The notes beneath the pieces were generated by a model that worked only from the letters and a program-made list of their open reading frames with translations, made no database searches and was not told the DNA's origin. A stretch of DNA of 64,000 nt from Amoebidium appalachense. Its lineage: Eukaryota > Protista > Ichthyosporea. Positions within the stretch are counted from its first letter, which is position 1. Every line of letters starts with the position of its first letter. This document shows positions 19,040-34,082 of the stretch, piece after piece. The stretch covers positions 2,130,389-2,194,388 of the forward strand of contig CAVNZM010000004.1 of the NCBI GenBank assembly GCA_963693365.1. The letters are read 5' to 3'. The translations under genes were made by a program, and so were the position numbers.

Positions 19040-21947
19040 ATGGAGGCGATTAAGAAGAAGATGGACGTGCTGAAGCAGGAGGCACAGGCAGCCACAGAGC
19101 GTGCCGAGGCAGCGGAGAACGAGCTCAAGGGTGCTAAGACGAGAGCAGATGCGGCAGAGGCGGAGTGCAAGGCTATGGAAAACAAAATTAAGCTGCTCGA
19201 GTCAGACTTGGAAAAGGCGGAGGAGAAGGGGGCTAGCCTCGGTGCTAAGGTGAGAAAGGGTTTGGAAGGGGAAGATCATAGGCCATCGTTAGTGCCGTTG
19301 GTATGCTTACAGTTCTTGCCAAGTGTTCTTCGCCTGTACGCTCTGTAAACCCGTGGAAGTTGCCTGCTTTTGCCATCTGCATCGTTCCCATGGTTTTGGT
19401 GTATAGTTAGGAATGCATACACCTCAACGCCTATGGTTGGTACTTATTGTAAGCTTCTGTCCTTCTCTTCCCCTCGTGCCCCCCCCTCTCGTGTTTCGCC
19501 TCCCATCTTCGCTATTCGCTCATCAACCCTGCCTATGTCCATTATTCCGGGTTTGGTATTCCTAGTAAGTGGTAGCTTGCTACACACCTTGTAACTTTCA
19601 CCTCCATTCTCGGCTACCTACCTTGCACCAGGGGGCTGTGAAAGGGTAGCTGGCTGAGGGTTTAGATCTTTTGTGTGCCCGGGTGCTTATATGCCCGCAC
19701 AGAAAGGCACCAACATAGAATTTGGAGAACGCCTAGCTGACCCACTTGTTAACAGACCAAGGAAGCTGAAGAGCGAGCGGACTCAGCAGAGAGGAGGGCA
19801 CGTGGTGGTGGGGTTGCAGATTTGGACCGCATTGATGAGCTGGATGCTGCAATTAAGGCCGCTAAGGACAAGTTCCAGGAGATGGAGAAGAAGGCCGAGG
19901 ACACTGAGCGTAAGGTATGTTTTTTGGACGATTTTTTCTTTTTGTTTCTTTTCTGTGTGGATGGGTGGGTTGGTGGGTGGTGGTGACGGGAAGATGGCAG
20001 GTTAACGGGTGTGTGTGGTGGTGTAGGGGAAGGGAGTGAAGGGCAGAGTCGTTGGGCGTACAGGTTGGGTACCTGCGTGGTGCCGTGCGTGTGTGTGTGT
20101 GGTGGTGGTGGGGGGGGGGGGGGGGGGGGGGGGGGGGGTATGCTTTGTAGGCTGTGTTGGGCTGTGCTTGTCTCCGTAGGAAATGTGGGAGGCAGGGAGG
20201 TATATGGGCGATGTTTGGTTGTGAAACACAGCCTTTTTTTTTTTTTTTTCCTTTGAAGAACGGAATGTCTGATGCAAGTGTGTTTGGTATCGGTCAAAGG
20301 CATAGTAGAACTTGCCTCTGGTTGGTCCTTGCATGGGCAGGGTGTGGTTTTCCCGGGCATGTGTTGCAAAATGGAGTAACTGTTTGGGTGTCCATGGCCG
20401 CATATTATAGCGGTGTGATATTGTCTGTGTGCATGCTTTTTTGCGCTTCTAGCCCCCCCCCCCCCCCCCCCCCCCCCACCCCAACCACGCATGCACGCAC
20501 CCATCCCACCCTCATCCCTGTGTTGCATACTGCGTACATCTACATGTTAGTCCTCTCTCCTCCTGTCCCACTCTTCCCTCTCTTCCTTCTCCTCCCGGCA
20601 TCTCTCTATTGCTCTCACTCTCCTACTCCCCTCCTCCCCCCCCCCCCCCCCCTCCCCCCCCCCCTTCCCCCTTCTACACACACACACACACACAAACACA
20701 ACATGCATATACACACACCAACAACCACAATCAACATACGACCATCACCACCACCACACATTGGCATGCACACATGCGCGCGCGCGCAGTGCCCTTTTTT
20801 ATGTACCCACACATCGGCCTCGTATTGTGTATTGAACCCGCAGCTCTCCTCTCGCTGCTGCTTTTCTTAACTCCTCTCCTGGGCTAGCACCCTAGTTGTC
20901 CGTTCCCCCTCCTCCTTTTTTCACCGGGGGGAGGGGGAGAGGGGGGGGGGGCTTTGTATGCACAGGTGGCATAACTGTGCTATCTGGGCCTGCTTTTTCG
21001 TGCATTGCCCTACTCTTCTCTTGGTACCACGGGCCAACTCGCTTATCAGTGTCGAAACAAGGACGTGGTTGAAGCCATCCTGGTTTGATAAGGCTGAACT
21101 CCATTGGGACTCCCCATGCGGATGGATGGGCATGAGTGTCTAGCGCACACACACTTGTTTGGTTGCCTGCTTCGTTTACCTAATGTGTTCTCTATTCCCT
21201 TCTGCCTTGCTTTTGGCTTTTGACCTTCCATTCCTTCGTAGTTCACCACCAATCTAGTCACACAGCCTCTCTCTTTGCTATGCTGTGTACTTGTTTCGAG
21301 TCGTACCTCACCGATTGTCCACACCTCGTCGCCTGGACTCTATACGTGTTGTACCCCTATGCCTGTCGCATGTGTTCTCTTTTCGTTTTGCCTCGATGCA
21401 CGCTACATCATGTGAGCAGTGGTTGATATGGGGGGGTGGAACTGTCGTCTTTCCTTTGTACGAAGCCCTATATGCGGACAAGTGCATTAGATGTTTTGTC
21501 GGGAACAAGCTGTTCTGTGTGCATGTTCGTTTCTGGTGGGTGAGGAGAACCCATCATGGATGCTTCTTATCCTGTCGTGTTTCGAGACCTGTATGTAGAT
21601 GGGAAGGTGTGTGCTTGCAAGCCTGTCGTGCTTTTCTTTTCTTTTGCTTTTTCCATAGTTTTTGCGGGATTTTTTTTTTTTTTTTTTTCTTTAAAACCCA
21701 CCACCAGCTTACCCTTCCCCCCCCCCCCCCCCTTTCCCTTCTTCTTTCTCCCTATCCCCATCTCTCGGGGTGGAAAGAGCAGGATGCACAATGCATTTAC
21801 AGGCATCCACATACACACATCTTCCTCGTCCCCCTCCTATTCCTCGTTTACACCTCTTACCAATGCACATGCGACACACATCAGCATTCACGCAAGCGGC
21901 CACGAGCATGATGTCAACCCGCAAAAGTTCTCTCACCAACGACCCAA

Positions 21948-21984
<37 letters not shown>

Positions 21985-22026
21985 GACAGACACACTCTCT
22001 CTCTCTGTGTGTGTGTCTCCCAATTC

Positions 22027-22070
<44 letters not shown>

Positions 22071-22366
22071 TTCCCTCTCTCCATCTTCCTCCCGTCCTCT
22101 CTCGCTCTCCCTCTCACTAACCCGCGTGCTCCAAACCACAGGTGAAGATGCTCGAGCGAGACCTCAACCGCGCCGAGGGCCAGTTGGCGTCGACGCAAAA
22201 GGCGGGAGGTAGCGACTTTGGGGCCAAAATCGAACAGTTGGACCACAAGGTTGCAGAGCTCAACAAGAAAAAGGATGATCTGGAGGAGGAGCTCGACCAG
22301 GCCAAGTCGAACTACAAGAGTGTCAAGGAGGAGTACGACAAAACCCTCGCTGAGCTCGCTGCATAA
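19040..22366 (+). CDS. TPM: Tropomyosin, 197 aa, 3 exons
   Basis: Exons 19040-19249, 19756-19914, 22142-22366, all phase 0 GT-AG. MEAIKKKMDVLKQEAQAATERAEAAENELK... coiled coil; KVKMLERDLNRAE...; C-terminus YKSVKEEYDKTLAELAA. Confidence 0.92.
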
Positions 22367-23965
22367 GTGCATACCTGTGTGTACATGTGTGTGTGTGTGT
22401 GTGCTTGTGTAGGGGTGGATGTGTGTGTGTGTAGAGGCTGATGTGTGTGTGTGTGTGTGTGTGAAAGCATGTGGCGTTGTGCGCCGGTGGTTAGTGTAGT
22501 GTAGGTAGAAAATGTGTGTTGTGGTATGTTGTGTGTAGCACCGGAGGTTCCAGCCCGTTTAATTTTTTGTGCACGCAAGGTGTTATAGTTGCGTGTCCAG
22601 ACAAAAGCCAGTGGAACACATGCATACAGGCACTCAGGTGATAGGTTGCAATGCCCAACTTTCAGATTAGAACAAAACCGCGAAGAAACGAACCGTAGCT
22701 CGTTATGTATGACATTGTTCCGAATTGGCGGATAAAGGGAAAAGGTTTCGGATGCCGTGTGTGTTGTGTTTCGAATGGGTGTGATTCCGAGGAGCTGACC
22801 TCTGTGTGGAACATGCCCCCCCCCCCCCCCCACACACACACACACACACACACTCACACTCACACTCACACTCACACTCACACTCACACTCACACACACC
22901 CAAAAAAAAAAAAAAAAAAAAAAAAAAACGCGTGCGCGCGCACACACACGCACAGCCTCCACCACACACCAACCTCCACCACGCACGTGCACACGTGCAC
23001 ACGTTCAGATATAATGAGCAGTTCTCCCCCCCCCCCCCAAACACCCACATGCACGCTTACACACACCCAGGCTGAGCCAAGGTGAATGGACCACGTAACT
23101 CGGGTGCACACTGTGAATGACTTTGTCCATCTAAACGCGGGCCTGCCCCCCCCCCCCCCCCCCCCCCCCCTCTCAAAAAAAAAAAAAAAAAAAAAAAACT
23201 TTCCACGGATCTCCTCCCTCTGATCCCAAACTGTAATTACACGTGGTCCATGCGTGCACGCGCGCACGGTATAATAAGTATTTGTACTCCACACACACAC
23301 ACACACACACACAGACCTCACGTCGACGGGTTACCAAATTTCCTGTACGTAAATTGTCTTCGAATATTTGCCAGTAAACGAGAATCAAACACAGCTCGCT
23401 CGAGCTCGAGAGGTCGAAACTTTGACTTCCAGTGCATCATGCATACATCTATCCCATACATCCCCCCCCCCCCCCCCCCCCCCCCCTCCCCTCCTCCTCC
23501 TCCTCCCTCCCCCTCCCCCCACCGTACCCCCATCCCCTCGGGCCTGGGACCGGATCCCGGCCCCCGCCACCGCCGCCAACACGTGACCACCAGTGGCACC
23601 TTGACCACCGGTACACCCGGCCCGGGCCTCAACCACCCCACCCACCTACTGGGCCGTCCTACACCAGCCTAGTGTCAGTGAGTCGTAATCTTTCAATTTT
23701 GGCCTGTGCGAATTTTTGGAATTGTTGTGCACTCATAAAGGACTAAGCAGGCCTGACCAGAGTCGACGTACGGCGGGTCACATGGTATGTGCATGTATGA
23801 GGGCGAGATACTCTCATAACTCATAGGCTGAATGCACCACATGGATTCCCCTCCTCTACGCCCCCACCTTCTCTCTCAATCTTGCCCCCCCCCCCCTCCC
23901 CCCCCCCCCCCCCCCCCTTTTGTTACCCCCCTTCTTCTTTCTGTTCTACACTTCTTTGCCTATTC

Positions 23966-24001
<36 letters not shown>

Positions 24002-25085
24002 CTTTTGGCAATACCATATGCCCAGGCCCGCTGACCTTTCTAAAGTGCCATCCGACATCCCCCAGTTCTACCTGAAGCTCTTCGACTTGCGCTGTTTTGA
24101 CAATCAGTGTACAACCCTACATTTTAGTGCGGGAGTTTTATGGTCTTCCATTTGGTTTAGCTGTAGACTAACTCTATTTTTGTAGCATTCCTCAGACTAT
24201 CCGTCCCTTTCCGCAGAACCATCTCCCTAGGCAAGTCTCACCCAAGTTGGCAAGTCTGACACAAATTGCCGCTTCGGCATTCATTCGGACGTCACCTGCT
24301 CATCTACACAGGGGCTATCCACAGAGTCGAGTGTGTTTTTGATTACTTCATGTGAGTTCTATGTTCTGTGTGCCTACCAGCAGTGTGGCATATACCATAT
24401 TTGTCACTGTGTGTGTGCGATACATAGGTGTGCAGTGGTTGTGTGTATATGTGCAAGACCAAGACGGGTTTTTCTATATCGATGGGGAGGGCTGGGGGGT
24501 GGGGGGTGGGGGGCCACTTGAGTATCACTGCCCTGTCCTTAACAAGCCCACGCATAGGATGCATACACCGACACGGACACTAACAACTCCAACACACACG
24601 TTGTGCTATCTATCCTCCACCTTCTCCACCAAAACCACCCAACCCACCGGCGTGTCACACGTACCTGCCCTGTCTCGTCCCCCCCCCCCCCCCCCCCCCC
24701 CCCCGCCTGCCCTTCCCCCCCCCCCCCCCCCCCCCCCCAGTGTGATATTTGCCTTGCATACTTCTTGTCGGACTGTTGGGAATTGTCAGGCACATATGAA
24801 TTACACACACACACACACGTGCATGCGCGCGCACACACACACACACTTATGCACACACGCACACACACGAAGGGCACATTAATACATAAGGGGTTTACGC
24901 TGTTTACTCGAGGCAAAGAGAACCAGTCTCAGGTATGGGGGGGGGGGGGTTTGCTCGGAATATCCCCTCAGCGGTATATCATGATCACGTACATAGATGT
25001 CGGGTGGTGACTATATATCAGGGTTTACTTTCTCTACGAGACACCATAAAGACTACAAGGAGAAATCAATTAGTTGGGGTTCCCC

Positions 25086-25086
<1 letters not shown>

Positions 25087-25124
<38 letters not shown>

Positions 25125-25156
25125 GGGCTCCCCTCGGGACACTCGGTATCAGCTGG

Positions 25157-25229
<73 letters not shown>

Positions 25230-28140
25230 TGCGCTATAATTTTGTAGTGATGTGTTTCTCAAGCCAATCAATACATCTAATAAACAGGTCGTAGTTACGC
25301 GTGTTTAGTATAAAATCAAGGATGTTGTAATTTACAGGTAGGCTATCTTTCTGGGTGTCTGTTGTGAATGTGACGTGTGTGTGTTGCGGTATTATGTGGT
25401 CTATCAAACTACATTTGGCGATACATGACCGGTTAAACTGGTGTGTGTGTGTGTTGTTTGGGCATGCAAATGATGCCACCTTATACTTATTAGATCTCCA
25501 CTGTATAGCACGTGTACAGTAAAAGCGTGGTAATTGATCAATAATACCATCAGCTAGAGAAAGACCAGTTCTACAGGAAGGTAATATGTATTTAGGTGTT
25601 ATACACTTGCGAGTGCCATATTTGGCAATATGGTTGAGGCGGTCAGTATATATAAAACGAGACATAAGGCTTAGTTTTTCAAGGTGTATGCTTTCATCGG
25701 GTCTAGTGTCGTGTGGTATCTTTTTCCATTTGTTATATTGCGTGATTATCTTGTGATTGTGTACATGTTTAATAAGTAAGTGGCAGTCCAAAGTCACACA
25801 CACACTATTGCGGGGTTTATTTGTATTTGTGCCCAGGGGAGAAGGGGAGAGAGAGGGGAGGAAAGAGGGGAGAGGTGAGGAGGGGACAGGTCGGATAGAG
25901 AAGAGAGGGTGGGAGGGCAAATACTTCTTTAAGCGGCTTATGTGCTTATTGAATTTCAGCGCGAGATAGGATACTCTAGCAGCTATTGGGACCAGACCAT
26001 ATATCGAGAGCGTTACAGGCCCAGGTTTACAACAGTTGTTAGATAGAAAGGAGGCAACTTCTGCTTCAAGGAAATTTGCCAAGGGTTTAAGCGCTCTAGT
26101 TCTCTCTTTCTTGATCCAAGCGGCGAGAAGGGGTAAACCATATTCACATGCCGGGAAGACAAAAGTGCGAATAAATGTAAGTCTAATAGAAGGATGGAGG
26201 GGTGTGTCTTTAAAAATATTAGCCGAGAAGAAAGCTAACCGCTTACGAGCCAACTCTACCCTCTTTTCGACCATATGGGGAAACATAACACCAACAGAAT
26301 CAACCGGAACACCAAGATATTTGTATTCTGGAACTATAGGTACAGGTTTAGATGATAATGTAAATGTGTGTAAATTGTTAGCTATATCAGGTACAAGAAC
26401 ACCACATTTGTCTATGTTAAGGATCATAAGGTTTGCCTTGCACCACTCTGACACTACATCGAACAATCTTTGCAGGCGTCTAGGGGTACGGGCAAGGAGG
26501 GACAGATCATCAGCATAGAGAAGTGCAGGCGGAAAGTTATTAATAGGGTCATCGTTTTCGGCGTAAATCTTGACAGCCAAATCATCTATAAATAGGTTAA
26601 ACAAAAAGGGGCTAAGCAATGAACCCTGCAAGAGACCTCTAGTACGAGCAAAACCATATGAAAGATGCCCATTAACCACAGCTCTACCATAGGTTTGAGA
26701 CAAGAGTGCTTCTAACAGAACACCAATGCAGTGTGGTACACCCCGTGCAGCAAGCTTTTCCCATAGGAGACCAGGGGAGACAGAATCGTAAGCAGTTTTC
26801 CAATCAATAAAGCCAACATATTGTGCACCAACTTGCATAGAATCGTGCAGTGCCATTATTTGAACATAACATGAATTGTTTTTACGAAAAGCGGATTGGC
26901 ATGGGTGTATGTGAAGAATAGATTGAAACCTAGGGTGATGTGCAAATAACCTAAGTAAGCAAGCTTCAAAGAATCTACGAACAACCTGGGTTAGTGTAAT
27001 GGGGCGAAAGGATGATATGGGGCCCTCAGAGTCCTTCTTAACTATGGGGATCACTAAGGTATCTAACCAAGATGACGGGACATGTCCACATTTAACACAC
27101 CAAGAAAAGAGAGAGCTTAACATGATAGTAAGATCAGGTTTAATAGCACGATCACTTTCCTTTTGTGGGTAGGAGGGAACAAGGATTTTAAGAAACCCAG
27201 CAGGGAGTCCATCAGGTCCACAAGACTTACTAGAGCTATAACTAGATATCACAGACCATATGGCATCGGGACTGAAAAAGGGGAGGATCGATTCTATGGG
27301 GATAGATGGGTCTGCAGGCCACACAATAGGTTTCTGAGCGGGGGTCCTATCTTTAAACAGTTCCGAGAAATACTTATCAGAGTCTATGAGGGGGTCTCCA
27401 GTGGTATCACCAATAATACGAGCAGGGGGGCCAAATCGATTCATACTAGCAAGCCGGCGCAGGCTTTCCTTTTGGGACAGGGGTTCACCTAGTCTAGCGG
27501 GAGTGGTGTTTGGTAACAAGAGAGCATCGGGATATTCCTTCCTACCACCGCCAGCATAATCACCGAGATCTATCAAATCATCAACAATAAAGTTAGTGCA
27601 TGTATCTAGTACGAGATGTGAATCTGGCCTGGCTTGTGCAGATTCTAATAGGCGCATATATATAGGGTGTTTCGTAGCATAGCATACACATACATCAACT
27701 CTACCCCACTGTGACTTAAGCTGGGATAGACGGAGGCGAAAGGTGGGAGGGGGAGGGGGGAGCAGATCAAGGGAGATCTTAGGTAGGAAAAGGATAGGAG
27801 AGTGGTCAGATGACCTAGAGAGGTTAGGAGGGAGAGAGAGTTTTGACATGGTTGATGGCCAAAAGGCCACTCCCCAGTCGGTGTTGTGGGCATGGGATAT
27901 TTGAGGGAACCGCAAAGTGTGACTTTGGACATACCTTGCTAAAGGGATAGCACGCTCCGGGGGCTTAGATGGGTACCCGACACTCACTTGCAGTGTGTCT
28001 GTGTGGTGGAGTCGCGTGTTAAAATCACCTAAAATAACAGTGGGCATTGGTAACTGTGACAACTCGTGAGTCAATTCGACAACCGACATAGATGGTGGGT
28101 AATATACAAAAGTAAAAACATTATAATACATAAACACCAC
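25087..28140 (-). mobile_element. Non-LTR retrotransposon (LINE), APE endonuclease + RT; 5' part of the endonuclease lost or disrupted
   Basis: Long ORF2, short 3' UTR containing (CA)n, and a 34-nt A-run on the element strand (25087-25120) that may be the tail. Confidence 0.9.
25234..28140 (-). CDS. LINE ORF2 (C-terminal half of APE, reverse transcriptase, Cys-rich tail)
   Basis: APE motifs VYYPPS, VILGDFN, SSDHSPI; RT motifs KSCGPDGLP, FRPITL, FIDWKTAYDSV, GLLQGSLLSPFLFNLFIDDL, LLYADD, YKYLGV; no stops over ~970 codons. Confidence 0.93.
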   Translation of the reverse strand: MVFMYYNVFTFVYYPPSMSVVELTHELSQLPMPTVILGDFNTRLHHTDTLQVSVGYPSKPPERAIPLARYVQSHTLRFPQISHAHNTDWGVAFWPSTMSKLSLPPNLSRSSDHSPILFLPKISLDLLPPPPPTFRLRLSQLKSQWGRVDVCVCYATKHPIYMRLLESAQARPDSHLVLDTCTNFIVDDLIDLGDYAGGGRKEYPDALLLPNTTPARLGEPLSQKESLRRLASMNRFGPPARIIGDTTGDPLIDSDKYFSELFKDRTPAQKPIVWPADPSIPIESILPFFSPDAIWSVISSYSSSKSCGPDGLPAGFLKILVPSYPQKESDRAIKPDLTIMLSSLFSWCVKCGHVPSSWLDTLVIPIVKKDSEGPISSFRPITLTQVVRRFFEACLLRLFAHHPRFQSILHIHPCQSAFRKNNSCYVQIMALHDSMQVGAQYVGFIDWKTAYDSVSPGLLWEKLAARGVPHCIGVLLEALLSQTYGRAVVNGHLSYGFARTRGLLQGSLLSPFLFNLFIDDLAVKIYAENDDPINNFPPALLYADDLSLLARTPRRLQRLFDVVSEWCKANLMILNIDKCGVLVPDIANNLHTFTLSSKPVPIVPEYKYLGVPVDSVGVMFPHMVEKRVELARKRLAFFSANIFKDTPLHPSIRLTFIRTFVFPACEYGLPLLAAWIKKERTRALKPLANFLEAEVASFLSNNCCKPGPVTLSIYGLVPIAARVSYLALKFNKHISRLKKYLPSHPLFSIRPVPSSPLPSFLPSLSPSPLGTNTNKPRNSVCVTLDCHLLIKHVHNHKIITQYNKWKKIPHDTRPDESIHLEKLSLMSRFIYTDRLNHIAKYGTRKCITPKYILPSCRTGLSLADGIIDQLPRFYCTRAIQWRSNKYKVASFACPNNTHTHQFNRSCIAKCSLIDHIIPQHTHVTFTTDTQKDSLPVNYNILDFILNTRNYDLFIRCIDWLEKHITTKL

Positions 28141-28149
28141 ACACATGCA

Positions 28150-30045
<1,896 letters not shown>

Positions 30046-30049
<4 letters not shown>

Positions 30050-30440
30050 CTGCAATGAAAATTGTGTCTTTGTGTTTGTCTCAATGTATATGTGTACTTG
30101 TTGGGCCAGGAAAGTGGGTGTCAAAATGGGTGCTTCTCTGTGCCATTGCTGTTGCGTGTTGAAAGCTTCGCGGCCAGATAAGCCTATACGGGTGCAAGTG
30201 TTACTTGACTGTTCACACGCAGGCAGGTAGCGAGCTGGAAATGCAAGCACAAGAGTGGCATAGACGCTTGTGTACCTTGTGAGTGTGCAATCGGGAATTT
30301 GGGCCCTATGTGTGTTATGCCTGCATCTTTTGCGCAAAAATGTGTTGCCTGTTTCAACGTGTTGCTGTGCTTCAGCATCTTTGGCTTCTTTTTTGCTTGA
30401 GTGTATAAAAAAACTTACCATCTGTGACCCCCCCCCCCCC

Positions 30441-30484
<44 letters not shown>

Positions 30485-30661
30485 CCCCTTCCTCCCCACC
30501 GACTCCCCCTGAATCCGTCGGCCCCCGATTTCAACACCCTGACTCACCATCACCGCGGGTATATGGGCGTCCGTAGGGCACATACAGAAACACACAGCAA
30601 GTCGGCTCGGCATCCCCAACTTAAACAAGGCAACCGCATTCGAGGCAAGGGCTTTCTCCAT
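30046..30661 (-). pseudogene. Possible LINE ORF1 remnant
   Basis: AVCF...VMVSQGVEIGGRRIQGE (RRM-like) and FLRKRCRHNTHRAQIPDC (knuckle-like, first Cys lost); same strand as, and upstream of, ORF2. Confidence 0.3.
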
Positions 30662-30851
30662 TCAAGTATGTAAACTTTCGTCACTGAATAGTCCTTGTTC
30701 TGTTAAAGCTCCTTTGTTCCATTGCATGGGGAAATATGGTGGGCAGCATGGGAGTGGTGTGCATACACTTGCTACGTTTTTCCTTCCTCGGGTGGAAGAA
30801 GGAAAAAAGGTGGGGGGGGGGATTCACTTCATTTCTGGTACTTTTTTTTTT

Positions 30852-30882
<31 letters not shown>

Positions 30883-31055
30883 GGGACTTTGGGGGGGGGG
30901 GGGCGGGGGGGGGGGGGGGGGGGTTATCTGAGGTATATTTAGGTATCTAGCGACTTCATAGGTGCATTGGTTTTGTAGGTGATCTTGTTATGTATTAACA
31001 CAGATTATCTGTCCCCTTTTCTGAATATGTCGGTGGCAATTGTAGGTTTTGTTTC

Positions 31056-31220
31056 GGTTTTGTAGGTGCATTTGTAGGTTTTGTAGGTGCATTTGTAGGT
31101 TTTGTAGGTGCATTTGTATGTTTTGTAGGTGCATTTGTAGGTTTTGTAGGTGCATTTGTATGTTTTGTAGGTGCATGCATTTGTGGGTTTTGCAGGTGCA
31201 TTTGTAGGTTTTGTAGGTGT
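31056..31220. repeat. 21-bp tandem repeat (GCATTTGTAGGTTTTGTAGGT)n
   Basis: About 7-8 copies; a degenerate version recurs at ~32280-32380. Confidence 0.85.
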
Positions 31221-31336
31221 GTTTGCAGGAGGGGAGAGGAACCGAGACGGTGTGTGGGGAAGGATGAGTAACCCCAGGGGCAGAGGGGGGACGGGGGGAG
31301 ATTTTGCGTAGAAGTGTTGACTTTTTTTTTTGCCCT

Positions 31337-31368
<32 letters not shown>

Positions 31369-31371
<3 letters not shown>

Positions 31372-32093
31372 GTTTTGTACGGGTCTAAGGGAGCAGAGTG
31401 CACAAAGGTGTCATGTAAAACACGACTAACACAGTAAAGAGAGGGCAATCGGAGTTGTTCACGAGACATTGAAAGATTTCAAACAACAACTGATCCTTTA
31501 TTGTGCTCTCGGTTCTTTTTGTACTTGCGACTTATTAGCTTATCACAACTGAAGGGGGAGAACCAATCGGTTCTATCAGAAGATAGAAAAACACATTCCG
31601 ACAGAGCATACGCATTCCAACTTCCGACTTAACTAAAGTTAAGAAACTTTTACTTAAATAAATCAAGTAATTATACATCTAGTCACTATTAACACATTTA
31701 TATTTATATTCGTCTCTATAAAGAAACTCATTTAAATACATATATTTCCTAATAGTCGACACTCTCAAAGTGAAGACACATTGCAATAAACCGAATTCCA
31801 TATGTATCTATTGTCCAATCACAACACATATATTAATAGACAGGAATGCACAACACGATCTACAGATGTACTCGCTCGCCACTATTGGCGAGCCATCCTA
31901 TTGAGAACAAAACTAAGGCACTTTGAAATAAAAGAAAGACAACGAATGTAGCTAGCCAATCACGCTACCTCTCAGATAAACAGAGGAGAGCAAACAGAAA
32001 TAAAATACAATAAGTTCTTATCAGGCAAGAGAGCCAGGTGTGCACAGATCTACAGATATCTGTGCACACAGAAACAAGGGAGAGAGAGAGATA

Positions 32094-32126
<33 letters not shown>

Positions 32127-32248
32127 GGAGAGAGAAAGAGGAAAAGGGGGAGAGCACAAAGAAGGAAAGCAGACACGAATGCAAACAAGGCTAAGACACA
32201 TACATACTTCAAGACTCTTGCTGTCATACGTAGTGACGTATTCCAACA
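31369..32248 (-). mobile_element. Solo LTR related to 7701-8440
   Basis: Starts (g)ttgttttgtacggg and ends CAACA; poly-G on both sides; shares blocks gcagag.gcaca..ggtgt.atgt, cagatcta..gatatc.gtg.acac.gaaaca and acttc....tcttgc.gt with the first copy. Confidence 0.65.
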
Positions 32249-32499
32249 GGGGGGGGGGGGGGGGGGGTTTGTTGTTGCAAGTTCTGTGGGTGCATTTACA
32301 GGTTATGTGGGTGTATTTGCATGTTGTGCAGCTGTGTTTGTAGGTTGTGTAGAAGCATTTGATGATTTTTTAGGTGTGTTTTCTGGAGGTGAGGGGAACG
32401 GGACGGTGCTTGGGGAAGAATGAGTAATCCCCAGGGGAGAGAGGGATTTTTTTGGGGGGGGGGGGGGGTTATCCTCCAGAGTGTTTACTTTTTTTGCCT

Positions 32500-32537
<38 letters not shown>

Positions 32538-32802
32538 GAGGCTTCGGGTTATGTCGGGGTGTTTGTAGGTTATGTAGATCCCCTTGATCTCGTTTGTTTG
32601 ATGTGGGTGTTGGCAGAATGGGAGGGGAAGGGGAGGAGATGGAGTGCGGGGAAGGATGAATAACCACCCGGGGGAGAATGAGAAACTCACAATTTAAACA
32701 TTTTGCCCCAATAAAAAATATCGATCGGCTTCACTCACGTGTCTGATCAAATTGCAAGGCTTAAACTCATTGCCTCTCCTGTCCCTTACTTCTCCTCTTC
32801 CT

Positions 32803-32854
<52 letters not shown>

Positions 32855-32911
32855 TTCCCCCCGTCCTCCTCGGAGTCCCCCAGGTTGCCTCTCCGAGACT
32901 CATTCATCTCA

Positions 32912-33132
<221 letters not shown>

Positions 33133-33236
33133 CCCCCCCCCCCCCCCCCTCTCTCTTTTTGTGTGTGTGTGTGTGTGTCATAAGTTCTTCAGTTGTTGGA
33201 GCTTCTGTTGGCTTATTGTTCTGTTGTCTTGTGTTG

Positions 33237-33267
<31 letters not shown>

Positions 33268-33386
33268 GCCTGCCCCTCCCCCTCACCCCCACCCTCCTTT
33301 TTCTCTTTCCCCTCACTCCCCCCCTCCAAAAACAAATCCCGCTCATCGCCTTTTCCTCTTCCTTCCCTTCTTCTCCTTTCGTCAGC

Positions 33387-33449
<63 letters not shown>

Positions 33450-33734
33450 CCCCCCGCCCGGACGTCCGCCTTTTCTCCCCCCCCCCCCTCTCTTTTTTTT
33501 TCCGTTCTTGTTCGTTCCCCCCCTCACACTCTCCCCTTCAGCTAAAAAAAAAAGAGCCTACCACCAAGCTGCTTCTGAGTGTGAGTCACACACACACTCC
33601 TCCCGTCTGCACAGATAGTTGTCTATGAATCCCTTTACATACTTGCCTATGTCTACGTCTGCCCTGCTCCCTCATATTCTGTGTGCTGAATTCCACTCCT
33701 CATCATCAACACTCACCCCACCCCCCTCCCCTTT

Positions 33735-33774
<40 letters not shown>

Positions 33775-34049
33775 CGGTCCCCCACCTCCCCCTCCCCCCT
33801 CCCGAGTCTCCCTCCCGGCCCCCACGCCCCCCTCCCCCCAACAGGCCCCAACCCACTCATCACCCCTTTCCTTTGCATCGGAATTTCTTCTAGTCCCTCC
33901 CGTCCCCCTCTTCCCCCATGCCCCCTCCCTCTCTCCGCACATCAACTCCCCCCTCCCTCCCCCCTCCCCCCCACTCCCCCGACTCTGTTTTTCTTCTTCT
34001 ATCTTCTATTTTGCGGGCCATCAAATTTCTTGTCTTGATCATTGTCCCA

Positions 34050-34082
<33 letters not shown>

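Noticed and set aside
21030-21150. Intronic snoRNA/SECIS-like hairpin in tropomyosin intron 2
   Set aside because: A hairpin is possible, but no convincing H/ACA, C/D or SECIS motifs are present.
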